Shown: piece by piece, positions 50,292 to 59,587 of the stretch | How the letters are laid out: each line of letters begins with the position of its first letter | Numbering within the stretch: position 1 is the stretch's first letter | Assembly: GCA_039799905.1 (NCBI GenBank) | Contig: JBDLRP010000026.1 | Location: 92,298 to 156,297, forward strand | Source: Pseudomonadota bacterium | GTDB lineage: Bacteria > Bdellovibrionota_B > Oligoflexia > Silvanigrellales > Silvanigrellaceae | Reading direction: 5' to 3' | Length of the DNA stretch: 64,000 nt | Made by a program: the position numbers and the translations under genes | The notes under the pieces: generated by a model | What the model saw: only the letters and a program-made list of their open reading frames with translations | Told to the model about the DNA's origin: nothing | The model's database searches: none

Positions 50292-51194
50292 ATGAATTCA
50301 GTATTGAAGACCTTTGGACCTGCAACCGTGACTGCTTGTGCAGCTGTACTTGCGTTGTCGTCCGCATGCGTGAAAAAGTCGAGCGATGCGACAACCAAAG
50401 CAACCATCACCGACAGCAAGGGAGACGTCCGGCAGGTTGATCTCTCAACCTTTGTTGCCAAACGCGGCGAGTGCAGCGTGCCGGGCGGTTACGAGATCGC
50501 TGCGAGTAGAAACATGCGCTACAGCCGTGCGCAATTCGACATGGTCGGAGCTATTCAGTTTGCGAGGATCAACGATGACACCAGTCCGCTCAAAGCTTTC
50601 AAAGACATTGTGACGGAGTATGAGCAGGGACTTCTGATTGCCTACACCGGCGGACTCTACAGCAGTCTGAATCCATGGCTCCGCGAAACAAAGGACAGGA
50701 TCCCCGAAGTTGACCGTCATTACACGGATGAACAGTGGAGTCAGATGGCACTTTGTCTTGCCTCGGGAATCAACAAACTCGCCCAATATCAGGGTGGATT
50801 TAATCGACTGCAGGCTTATCGCGGAAGCCGACTCGATTCAGCTTTCGTTGCGGGACGCTACAAGAAAGGAAGCGTGATTACGGAGCGCGGCTTTCAAAGC
50901 TACTCATTCGATAAAAACGTCGCCGTGGGCTATTCCGGAGCCGGCAACATGACCGAGCCCGAAAAGAAGAGCGTCCTGTTTGTGGTTCAGGGCTCGGGAA
51001 TGGTGGGAGCATCCATTGAGGCGATCTCGAGTTTTCCCGAAGAGAAGGAACTTCTCGTGAATTCCGACCACAAATACTGCGTCTCTGATGTTGCGGAGAA
51101 AAAGGTCGCGGATTTCGTGCCGGACCACAAAGACAAGGACAGTGTTGTGACCGCAATTTATCTCACGATTGGCGCGGAAAACTGCGGCCTCTGA
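50292..51194 (+). CDS. Lipoprotein R-S-E (ARTC) mono-ADP-ribosyltransferase
   Basis: Lipobox LSSAC; YTGGLYSSLNPWLR, AYRG, FQSYS, EEKELL. Confidence 0.8.
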   Translation: MNSVLKTFGPATVTACAAVLALSSACVKKSSDATTKATITDSKGDVRQVDLSTFVAKRGECSVPGGYEIAASRNMRYSRAQFDMVGAIQFARINDDTSPLKAFKDIVTEYEQGLLIAYTGGLYSSLNPWLRETKDRIPEVDRHYTDEQWSQMALCLASGINKLAQYQGGFNRLQAYRGSRLDSAFVAGRYKKGSVITERGFQSYSFDKNVAVGYSGAGNMTEPEKKSVLFVVQGSGMVGASIEAISSFPEEKELLVNSDHKYCVSDVAEKKVADFVPDHKDKDSVVTAIYLTIGAENCGL

Positions 51195-51197
51195 TTG

Positions 51198-52025
51198 TCA
51201 GCAGCCCATGAGAATGAGCAGCTCGTCGACCGCGCCGCGCTTGGCTGGATTGGAATTGATGGCGCGGCGCGCACTGATCGTTTTGATTGTCGCATCGGAA
51301 TACAACTGTTGAATGAATGGTGCCGATGAATTTGAGACGGCAACGACAGCACCGCGCGCGACCGCCTCGGCACAGGCCTTCTTGAGCCGCGTCTGCTCAT
51401 CACGCGAGAACCCGCCTCCGGTGTAAGCATTGAAACTCGATGTTGCTGACAACGGTTCATAAGGCGGATCGCAATAAACAAAATCACCCTCACCCGCGAG
51501 CGCAAGAAGATTCGAGAAATCCCCTTTCATGAGCTCTGCGTTGCGCAGACGGCTGCTGACAGTCCGGACATTTTCGACTGTGTAGATTGCCGGACATTTT
51601 TTATTGTGACCAAACGGCACATTGAATTCGCCGCGGCGGTTCTGCCGGTACAAACCATTGAAGCCGGTTTTGTTGAGAAATAACGTGCGTGCGGCACGAT
51701 GGATCGGAGACTCCGGCCGACTCGCCCTCAGGGAATAATAAAAGTCCTGACTGTAATTCGCGCGCATCCGCTCGAGTTCGGCCGTCAGTGCTTCTGGCTG
51801 ATCGCGGATGACGCAATAAAGATTGAAAAGCTCTTCGTTGATTTCGTTGAGCAGCGCGGGAACCTCGGGTCTGAGACTCAGGAACACTGCCGCTCCGCCC
51901 AAAAAAGGCTCAAGGTAACGGGCAAAGTTTTGCGGGAAGTGAGGGACCATCTGCTCGAGCAATCCTGCCTTGCCTCCGGCCCACTTCAATACGGGTCTGG
52001 CCCGTGCAGTGGTGTCGAAGTACAT
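51198..52025 (-). CDS. dam: Dam-family (D12 class) DNA adenine methyltransferase, orphan
   Basis: LKWAGGK, EPFLGGAAV, FNGLYRQN..FNVPFG, YCDPPY. Confidence 0.9.
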   Translation of the reverse strand: MYFDTTARARPVLKWAGGKAGLLEQMVPHFPQNFARYLEPFLGGAAVFLSLRPEVPALLNEINEELFNLYCVIRDQPEALTAELERMRANYSQDFYYSLRASRPESPIHRAARTLFLNKTGFNGLYRQNRRGEFNVPFGHNKKCPAIYTVENVRTVSSRLRNAELMKGDFSNLLALAGEGDFVYCDPPYEPLSATSSFNAYTGGGFSRDEQTRLKKACAEAVARGAVVAVSNSSAPFIQQLYSDATIKTISARRAINSNPAKRGAVDELLILMGC

Positions 52026-52060
52026 GACAAACTCCCGATGCGGAAAATGGTTCGTTGGAC

Positions 52061-52837
52061 CTATCGCCGGCACTTTGTACCGGCTGAGCCGGCAATTTCA
52101 AAGGGTGCACCCAAAGTCGACAATTCAAAAATAGCATCATTGAAGTCAACACCCAATGGCTCGGCCAGCGCAGCGTCTTGTTTTGCCTTGCGGATGGCTT
52201 CGGCGTCCTGATCCTCAAAAAAGGCACGTATGACACGGCTTGTGCTGCTCTGAGCCCCTTCGCTCAATACAAAATGAATGCGTTCTGTGGCGACCGAATG
52301 CTTGCGGACACTGTCGGGAGTCTTGGAAAAAGGCCCCTCACACGGAAGCCCTTGACGCGCCCGCTCGTTGCACGTTTCGCCTACATTTTTGTAGGTCTCA
52401 AGATGGAGATCCAACACAGGACAATCGACGCCCTCGGGAATAGGCAGTCGAACGACTTTGCCAATCACGTTTTTATCTTTGCTGCAGGCAATGTCGAAAG
52501 TCTTGCCATTCATCTCAATCTTTAAACAGTTGTTCCACCAGGCCTCCGGTTGCAGGCCAGTGATCTGCAACGTGACCACCCGTTTAGGGTCAAGCGGCTC
52601 GGCTTCCTTGGGATTTGAACCGGTTCCATCTTCGGGAGGAGATAAATTCGGATCATTTTTTTTACCGGCCCCGGCAGGAGGAGTCGGTGGGTTTCCACCA
52701 AAATCAGTGTCGTTGCACGCCCAAAGAGCAATGCTGACAAAGCCGGCCAAAACACCGACAACCATGCGGGGCACTTCGACTTTAGCCCTTTTTCGCATCG
52801 ACTCGGACAGACCATTTTTGAGATTAATGCGGATCAT
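52061..52837 (-). CDS. Hypothetical lipoprotein with a DUF4114-like C-terminal motif
   Basis: LWAC lipobox; FFEDQ...DFNDAIF; strong GGAGG RBS. Confidence 0.65.
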   Translation of the reverse strand: MIRINLKNGLSESMRKRAKVEVPRMVVGVLAGFVSIALWACNDTDFGGNPPTPPAGAGKKNDPNLSPPEDGTGSNPKEAEPLDPKRVVTLQITGLQPEAWWNNCLKIEMNGKTFDIACSKDKNVIGKVVRLPIPEGVDCPVLDLHLETYKNVGETCNERARQGLPCEGPFSKTPDSVRKHSVATERIHFVLSEGAQSSTSRVIRAFFEDQDAEAIRKAKQDAALAEPLGVDFNDAIFELSTLGAPFEIAGSAGTKCRR

Positions 52838-52867
52838 TGGACGTCCTCCCTCTCCTAAAGAGGGTTC

Positions 52868-52883
52868 AGCAATTGATATGCCA
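52868..52883 (-). promoter_or_regulatory. Sigma-54 (-24/-12) promoter
   Basis: Minus strand TGGCAT-N5-TTGCT with exact GG-N10-GC spacing, 30 nt upstream of 52837. Confidence 0.7.
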
Positions 52884-52956
52884 GTCCGAAATCAGCTTTT
52901 TAACATGCGCGATTGTTACCCAGATCAGGGCACGGTGTGAGACGAAGATAAACGGG

Positions 52957-53601
52957 TCAGACGATGGGCATTCGTGGTGGAAGCAAAACAGCACGCACCG
53001 GCGAGGCATCAAAGCCGACCAAAGAAAGAGGCAATGCTATCAGCGTGTATTCGCCGTCCGGCACCGCCGATAAATCGAGTCCTTCAAGCACGGCAAAATC
53101 GTTTTTTAGCAGCGATTGGTGACTTTCCAGCGCTTTGGAATCGTGCGGGTCGACCGATGGCGTGTCGATTCCGACGGTCACAACCGCGCGTGCGGCGAGC
53201 CAATCGACAAGCTGCGGACTGAGCGAAGTGAAGTTGTCCTGCCAGCGTTCTGGATTCGGAAATGAGTTCGTTCGAAAAAGCACGCGCGGAGCGGTGATTG
53301 ACGTGCCCTGCAGATGCTCGGGGAGAATCCGGCCCGCAGGCACACTGTCGATTGTTATCACCTGACAAAGCCCAAGGTAACGACGCAAATCCCGCTGAGA
53401 AATGTCAGCACCGGCTGCTCCATAATGGCAAGGGGCATCGGCATGCGCACCCAAGTGAACCGTGCCCTTGAGCGTCGAGAGCATCAGGTGATGCCCAGCC
53501 TCAAAACTCAGCAGGGTTTCCTGCTGCAGCGGCGTGTCACCCGGAAACACAGCCGTGCGGGGGGTGAGTTTTGGTGAAATATCGTATAGAAGGCCCTGCA
53601 T
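52957..53601 (-). CDS. kynB: Cyclase-family metallohydrolase, kynurenine formamidase-like
   Basis: DISP, VFPGD, HLGAHADAP, GIDTPSVDP, LEGL, ASPVRAVL. Confidence 0.82.
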   Translation of the reverse strand: MQGLLYDISPKLTPRTAVFPGDTPLQQETLLSFEAGHHLMLSTLKGTVHLGAHADAPCHYGAAGADISQRDLRRYLGLCQVITIDSVPAGRILPEHLQGTSITAPRVLFRTNSFPNPERWQDNFTSLSPQLVDWLAARAVVTVGIDTPSVDPHDSKALESHQSLLKNDFAVLEGLDLSAVPDGEYTLIALPLSLVGFDASPVRAVLLPPRMPIV

Positions 53602-53650
53602 AGGATTCCCCGCTGAAGTTGCATGCGACACCAAAAGAAAGGCCGAGCCG

Positions 53651-54868
53651 ATGCTGTTTGATGTCTTTTTTTCCATCTGCCAGACACCCGTCGACGGCGT
53701 ACACCCTTCTGAAAAACAGATGTTTGCGCATTTTTTCGATCAGGTCCAGATGGCCGACGAGCTCGGTTACGGAGTCGCTTGGGTCGCTGAAAGCCATTTG
53801 TCCTGCGAAGTGCAAAAACACAACGCAGGTGCCGTCATTCCCAATTTCAAGGGCGAAATCGGCCTCAATACTGACATTCTCCTTCTTGCACCGCACATCT
53901 TTGCCCGCACAAAGCGCATCGCGGTGGGCGCGGCCATCAAGAGCCTACTTTGCAACGGCGGACCGATTGCGCACGCCGAGTCGGTCAAATCCTTTCTAAC
54001 TCTGCAGCAATTTTCACAAGCCGCAGGCCGAAAGCTTCACCTAGGAGTTGCCGCCGGACGCTTTCCGTTTTCGAGCGCTCCCTATGGAATTGTTCCGCGT
54101 GATGCGCTGGAGAAGGCTGCGTGGCCGGTTTTGAAGGGAAAAATCTTTACCGAGGCACTGGAAATTTTTCTGCGCTTCATGCGTGGCGATGTGTTCTCTT
54201 CACAGGACGTCGCCCCGACGCGAGTGACGCGCGCCGACATGCGCAGCGACGACGACTGGAATCATCTCCGGCAGGTGACCGGCAATCCGTCTGCGGACGA
54301 AATCACCTTTGCAAATCGGTGGAATTTTGCACGTACGGGAGTTGTTCCCAAGGAAGCACCCCTGGAGGATCTGCAACTCTACGTCGGCAGCCACGACCCC
54401 AAAATTCAGGATTTCGCAAACAGTCTTTTGCCCTGCGGCGTGATGAACCTGTCCATCACCCCAAGCGATGAAATTGAACGGACGCATGCGCGCATGCCGA
54501 CCACCTATCACCGCGACGGCGGCGCATGGAACAGGTCGCTGATGCCACGCACCGTGCTTGTTTTTCTGGACGCCACAGCCGGACTCAACCAAGCACAGCA
54601 GAGCGCGCGCGCACACGAAAAGGCACGCAAAGCCCTGCACACCTACTGGCATGCGCTGGAAGGCACCCTGGATCAGACGCGCATTGAAAATGCCGTCAAC
54701 AATGCCATCGTCGGCAACGCGCTGGAATGCGCCAATCAACTGAAGGAACGTTTTCATCCGGACGACAGGCTTTTGCTGTGGTTCGACTTTTTCAATCACA
54801 ACAATGACGAAGTGATGGCCAGCATGCGCGACTTCAAGCGCTTTGTTGTGCCTCTGGTGAACAACTGA
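53651..54868 (+). CDS. LLM-class flavin-dependent oxidoreductase
   Basis: ADELGYGVAWVAESH, RTKRIAVGAA, GRF; luciferase-like barrel pattern. Confidence 0.82.
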   Translation: MLFDVFFSICQTPVDGVHPSEKQMFAHFFDQVQMADELGYGVAWVAESHLSCEVQKHNAGAVIPNFKGEIGLNTDILLLAPHIFARTKRIAVGAAIKSLLCNGGPIAHAESVKSFLTLQQFSQAAGRKLHLGVAAGRFPFSSAPYGIVPRDALEKAAWPVLKGKIFTEALEIFLRFMRGDVFSSQDVAPTRVTRADMRSDDDWNHLRQVTGNPSADEITFANRWNFARTGVVPKEAPLEDLQLYVGSHDPKIQDFANSLLPCGVMNLSITPSDEIERTHARMPTTYHRDGGAWNRSLMPRTVLVFLDATAGLNQAQQSARAHEKARKALHTYWHALEGTLDQTRIENAVNNAIVGNALECANQLKERFHPDDRLLLWFDFFNHNNDEVMASMRDFKRFVVPLVNN

Positions 54869-54892
54869 ACCTGCGCTGAACGGAGAACAATC

Positions 54893-55687
54893 ATGAACAA
54901 CGGATCACTTTTCAGCCTCGCGGGCCTCAATGCCTTGGTCTGCGGTGCATCGCAAGGAATTGGCCGCGCGACAGCCGAACTTTTTGCACAGCAGGGAGCG
55001 CGCGTCATTCTGCTGGCACGCAATCCGCAGAAACTCGAATCCGTACGTCAGTCACTCACCAATCCAGAGCAGCATTTTTGCGTGAGTGCGGACCTTGCCA
55101 ACGAAAACGACATCGGCCGTGCGGTTCAGGAAATACTCGCACGCGTTGGGGCAGTGCATATTTTGGTGAACAACGCCGGCGGACCGCCTGCGGGAGCGCT
55201 GATGGATGCACAGGGCACTGCATTTGAAAGTGCGCTGACGACACACGTACTTTCGCAGCTTCGCCTGAGTCAGGCGTTGGTGCCGCACATGAAGAGCGCA
55301 GGATTCGGCAGAATCATCAACATCATTTCCACTTCGGTGCGCATGCCTATTGCCGGCTTGGGTGTTTCGAACACCATTCGTGCTGCTGTTGCCGGCTTTG
55401 CAAAAACTCTCTCCAACGAACTCGCCCCACACGGAATTACGGTCAACAATGTTCTCCCCGGCTACACACTGACCGAACGTCTGAATTCACTGGCGCAAAC
55501 TTCTGCAGAGCGCAGCGGAACGAATCCCGAGACAGTGATGAACGGCTGGCTCACTCAGGTGCCGATGCGCCGCTTCGCCAAACCGGAAGAGGTGGCAGCC
55601 GCTCTCGCATTTCTTGCCAGCCGTGAGGCCGGCTACATTACGGGAGTCAGTTTGCAGGTGGACGGCGGACGCATTGGTGCGATTTGA
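54893..55687 (+). CDS. SDR oxidoreductase
   Basis: GASQGIG, LVNNAGGPP, SNTIR, NNVLPG, DGG. Confidence 0.88.
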   Translation: MNNGSLFSLAGLNALVCGASQGIGRATAELFAQQGARVILLARNPQKLESVRQSLTNPEQHFCVSADLANENDIGRAVQEILARVGAVHILVNNAGGPPAGALMDAQGTAFESALTTHVLSQLRLSQALVPHMKSAGFGRIINIISTSVRMPIAGLGVSNTIRAAVAGFAKTLSNELAPHGITVNNVLPGYTLTERLNSLAQTSAERSGTNPETVMNGWLTQVPMRRFAKPEEVAAALAFLASREAGYITGVSLQVDGGRIGAI

Positions 55688-55689
55688 AA

Positions 55690-57420
55690 TCACTCTGCGG
55701 CAGCAAATCCCTCGCCGCGCGGATCGGGAACACCAATCACGCGGCCTGATGCCGTTCTTTCGAGGGCATGGACAACAGCAAGTCCATTGCCCGCCTCTAC
55801 TCCATATCCAAACGCCCTGAGTTGTTCCACGCTCTCCTGTGGCAGCCCGTTGCGCTCATAGCGCACGAAAGGCGGCTTCCACTGGTGGTGAATGCGCGCC
55901 GCACCCACCGCGTCGACAAGCGGCATTTCGAATTGCAGCCGATTGAGGACTGTTTGAAAAACAGAGGTAATGATCCGCGGGCCACCGGCGGCACCCAAAA
56001 CAAGCTTCACAGTGCCGTCTTTTGCACGCACGATGGTCGGGCTCATCGAGCTCAGTGGACGCTTGTGCGGAGCGATGGCATTAGCCTCGCCTCCCACCAA
56101 GCCGAACAAATTGGGAACCCCCACTTGCGTGCTGAAGTCGTCCATCTGGTTGTTCATCACCACACCCGTTCCCTGCGGAACAAAGGCGGAACCAAAATTG
56201 CCGTTCACAGTCTCCGTCACGGCGACTGCATTGCCTGCGGCGTCGATGACGGAAAAATGGGTTGTCTGCAGTTTTTCGTCTGCCTTAAATCCCGAACCCT
56301 CCGGCAGGTTGGCTTTGTTTGGTTGGAATGTTTGCCAGCGGTCATCGAGATATTTTGCCGACAATAGTTTTTCTGCCGGAACCGGCCAGAAATCGCGATC
56401 ACCAAAATGCTCAGCGCGATCGGCAAACGCGAGCGACATGGCATGAATCTGTGCACGGAGGGTATCCACTGAAGCAAACCCCTTCTTCAGCAGCCCCTGT
56501 CGTTCAGCACGTTTCATGTATTCTAAGAGCTGCACCAGCAGAATTCCGCCGGACGAGGGAGGCGGCATCGTGATGATTTCATGATCCTGAAATTCTCCAC
56601 GTACCGGAGTGCGTTCTGCCGGCTGATACTGCGCAAGGTCTTTCAAAGTGATAATCCCGCCATCGGCTGAGAGACCCTGCACCAATTTTTGCGCCACACT
56701 GCCTTCATAAAAACCTTTTTTGCCGCGCTTGGAGATAGCCTCCAAAACTCCCGCAAGTTCGGGCTGCCGCAGTGTGTCACCCACTCTGCAGGGTTCAGCG
56801 GGCTCTCGTCCGCAACTGAAGATCCGCTTGCCTTCAGGATTCATCGCCGACCAGCGGCCGCGCAAGGCGTGTTCTGTGTTCGTGCTGAAGCGGATTCCTT
56901 TTTGCGCTGCACGGATAGGTTCGCTGAGAAGCTGTTTGTGTCCGCGAGTTCCGTATTTCTCGAGCGCAAGCAGAAGACCTGCTGTCACCCCCGGAACACC
57001 CGAGGCCAGTGCGCCGTTTTGCGAAACCTGTGTATCGGCCTTGCCGTTTTTCACATACATGTCCGGATGAGCCGCGGCTGGCGCCTTCTCGCGAAAATCA
57101 ATGACCTTGCAATCAGTCGCACGCCCGTTTTGCGGCGCAGGACAAAAGACCATGAAACCACCGCCGCCAAGCGCAGCGTAATGAGGGCGAGTCACGGAAA
57201 GCATGAACGCTGTTGCCACAGCAGCATCAATGGCATTGCCGCCTTTTCGCAGAATTTCAGCACCCCACTCCGCGGCCTGCTGATCGTCGGCTACAACCAT
57301 TCCGCGCACGCCTTCGCGGGCGAAGCGAATACTCTCGGGTGGGCCGATTTGCACCGATGCGTGGGCATCAGGTAACAACGACAATAGTGCGAGTGCAGAA
57401 AAAATTGAAATAGATTTCAT
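55690..57420 (-). CDS. ggt: Gamma-glutamyltransferase (exported)
   Basis: Signal peptide; GGNAIDAAVA, PPPSSGG, TTHFSV (Thr nucleophile), PLSSMSP, GAAGG. Confidence 0.95.
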   Translation of the reverse strand: MKSISIFSALALLSLLPDAHASVQIGPPESIRFAREGVRGMVVADDQQAAEWGAEILRKGGNAIDAAVATAFMLSVTRPHYAALGGGGFMVFCPAPQNGRATDCKVIDFREKAPAAAHPDMYVKNGKADTQVSQNGALASGVPGVTAGLLLALEKYGTRGHKQLLSEPIRAAQKGIRFSTNTEHALRGRWSAMNPEGKRIFSCGREPAEPCRVGDTLRQPELAGVLEAISKRGKKGFYEGSVAQKLVQGLSADGGIITLKDLAQYQPAERTPVRGEFQDHEIITMPPPSSGGILLVQLLEYMKRAERQGLLKKGFASVDTLRAQIHAMSLAFADRAEHFGDRDFWPVPAEKLLSAKYLDDRWQTFQPNKANLPEGSGFKADEKLQTTHFSVIDAAGNAVAVTETVNGNFGSAFVPQGTGVVMNNQMDDFSTQVGVPNLFGLVGGEANAIAPHKRPLSSMSPTIVRAKDGTVKLVLGAAGGPRIITSVFQTVLNRLQFEMPLVDAVGAARIHHQWKPPFVRYERNGLPQESVEQLRAFGYGVEAGNGLAVVHALERTASGRVIGVPDPRGEGFAAAE

Positions 57421-57472
57421 ACGCAAGGAGTCCTCGCTGAGGCTTCGGATTCGGAGTCTTATTTTGGCGGAT

Positions 57473-58624
57473 TCAACTCACAGCCGCCAAAGCAAACAAC
57501 TCACGCGAAGATGACAAGCCGCGCAGCTGGTGTTCGCCCAAACTGCGGACCATTGCTTCTGGCAGGAGATTTGCCACTGCATCGGTGAGAAGAACTTCCT
57601 CACCAAGCTGTTTGCAGAGCGACTCGACACGCGAACATTCATTCACGGGCGTGCCGATCACTGTATAGTCGAGGCGATTGGCGGTTCCTACGTTACCAAA
57701 AGAGACGATCCCCTTATGAATGCCGATGCCAACCCTGATCGGTTCTTCGTTCGGCAGTGCTTCTTCTTTCATCCGATTCAACGCATTTTCTGCAGCCGAA
57801 ACCGCAGATTTTGCTGCTGCAAACTGATCGCGCGAGTCACTGATAGGAAAAATAGCCAGCACGGCGTCACCGATGAATTTGAGAATTTCGCCGCCCTGTG
57901 CGTGGATTGCCGAACCAATCACATCAAAACAGCGATTGAGTCTTTGCAGCGTCTGATCGAGCGGATGCGTGTCGGTGAAGGTTGTAAAATTACGCATATC
58001 ACTGAACCAAATGACTGCATCGACTGAACTGCCGTCACCGCGTTTATATTGTCCTGAAAGCACGCATTGGCCGGCCTGACGTCCCAAATAGGCCTCAAGC
58101 AAAGCTTCAAGAGCACTGCGCTGGGAAATGAAGGCTATAACAAAACTCAGAAACGGAGTCAGAGAAGTCAGCTTGGAAATCTCTGCTTCGGAAAAGCCGG
58201 ACATATTCTTTGTCGACCACGAAATATAGCTGCGCAAGTCGGGTGTCAGCTGAAGTGACTCAATGAGAAAATCGGTATGGCCAGATGTCCTTAGGTCGTG
58301 CAGAATCGGGTAGTCATTTTCATCCAGCGGTGCATTCAAACTGCGCCTCAGGCCCCTGCCCTCACTGTAAACAAGTGCAACTGGACTTTTTAAAAAACCG
58401 GCGGATTTAAGCAAACCATGCCTCCGAAAAACAACTTCCGCGCCTTTTTCTGCTGTCCAATTCAAATTATCGGCGGCTATTTCAGGGTGCATGTGACGCA
58501 CTGAAAATGAAATGTAGTCGACAGGTAAACCCTCACTACGGGCTTGAGCTGCAAGTCCGTTGAGAAAATCAGCTGCATTCATTGCACGCGTTTCAGGCTT
58601 CAAAAGCCAATCGGTCAGAAGCAT
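57473..58624 (-). CDS. Cytoplasmic class III adenylate/guanylate cyclase with GAF-like N-terminus
   Basis: FSDMRNFT, KFIGDA, TVIGTPVNECSRVE. Confidence 0.88.
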   Translation of the reverse strand: MLLTDWLLKPETRAMNAADFLNGLAAQARSEGLPVDYISFSVRHMHPEIAADNLNWTAEKGAEVVFRRHGLLKSAGFLKSPVALVYSEGRGLRRSLNAPLDENDYPILHDLRTSGHTDFLIESLQLTPDLRSYISWSTKNMSGFSEAEISKLTSLTPFLSFVIAFISQRSALEALLEAYLGRQAGQCVLSGQYKRGDGSSVDAVIWFSDMRNFTTFTDTHPLDQTLQRLNRCFDVIGSAIHAQGGEILKFIGDAVLAIFPISDSRDQFAAAKSAVSAAENALNRMKEEALPNEEPIRVGIGIHKGIVSFGNVGTANRLDYTVIGTPVNECSRVESLCKQLGEEVLLTDAVANLLPEAMVRSLGEHQLRGLSSSRELFALAAVS

Positions 58625-58794
58625 TGACGGTGTCTCCTAAAATAAAAACCGCTCTGACAGTTTAAATTTATGAGCACCTTTGCGCAGGCAAAATGCGTCA
58701 TGAATCTGGCTTATGTTTAATTCACGCAGGAAAGAAACAGATCGAGCCGGACTTTGATGACACTGCGCTGCCTGCTGGCAGCGAGATGAGAGTC

Positions 58795-58810
58795 TGGTAC
58801 AGTTGGTGCA
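58795..58810 (+). promoter_or_regulatory. Possible sigma-54 promoter upstream of glutathione peroxidase
   Basis: TGGTAC-N5-GTGCA with GG-N10-GC spacing; two mismatches to consensus. Confidence 0.35.
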
Positions 58811-58833
58811 GGCTCTTCCATTAAGGTTGCAAA

Positions 58834-59427
58834 ATGAAAAAGTGTTTTATAGCCGCGATTCTTGGCTCGCTTCTGTTTCAAGTTGCTGGCTTGGCCGCCG
58901 CACCTCAGAAAAACTCAACCTCAGCAGCTACAAGGGCAGGATTCCATGCTCTTTCAGCTGAGGAAATCACCGGCAAGCTGATTCCCTTCAGCGAGTTCAA
59001 AGGCAAGGTGGTCATGGTCGTCAACACAGCCTCGCAATGTGGTTACACCTCGCAGTACAAGGGGCTCGAAGCCCTGTATCGCAAGTACAAAGACAAAGGG
59101 TTCGTTGTACTCGGCTTTCCTTCCAACGATTTTGGCGGACAAGAGCCCGGCAGCAACGCCGAGGTCAAGAAGTTCTGCGAACTGAGATACAAGGTCACCT
59201 TCCCGATGTTCGCCAAGGTCAACATCACTTCTCAGCCTCGGTCAGCTGTCTACGAATACCTTTTGAACCAAAATCCAAACCCCGACACTCGGAAAACCCC
59301 GAGCTGGAATTTTTGGAAATACGTCATCGATAAAAAAGGTCAGGTCGTGAGCGCATTCGCCAGCAGCACGGAACCGGAATCACTAGAGCTCGACAAACTC
59401 ATCGGCCGACTGCTCGCTGAAAAATGA
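58834..59427 (+). CDS. Exported Cys-type glutathione peroxidase
   Basis: Signal peptide; NTASQCG (TGT codon), GFPSNDFGGQEP, WNFWKY. Confidence 0.92.
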   Translation: MKKCFIAAILGSLLFQVAGLAAAPQKNSTSAATRAGFHALSAEEITGKLIPFSEFKGKVVMVVNTASQCGYTSQYKGLEALYRKYKDKGFVVLGFPSNDFGGQEPGSNAEVKKFCELRYKVTFPMFAKVNITSQPRSAVYEYLLNQNPNPDTRKTPSWNFWKYVIDKKGQVVSAFASSTEPESLELDKLIGRLLAEK

Positions 59428-59438
59428 CCTCCTCCGAA

Positions 59439-59470
59439 ACACATGCAGAGACTCAGCTCCCTGCATGTGT
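59439..59470 (+). terminator. Stem-loop after glutathione peroxidase
   Basis: acacatgcag/ctgcatgtgt 10-bp inverted repeat; no immediate U-tract. Confidence 0.4.
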
Positions 59471-59587
59471 GATATGCACTATTATGCAGCCTACTTGCTG
59501 TTTTCTTTAATTTTCAGTCCGTTTTCTGGTCATTTCCAAAAAGTTCACTCATACTAGGGGCAACCAGACAGGATTGGACATTGACTC

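Noticed and set aside
50292..52025. ART plus Dam as a DarTG-like or restriction-modification defence system
   Set aside because: The genes are convergent, the ART is an exported lipoprotein, and there is no macrodomain antitoxin or nuclease
59020..59050. Possible selenocysteine in glutathione peroxidase
   Set aside because: The active-site codon is TGT (Cys) and the ORF is uninterrupted
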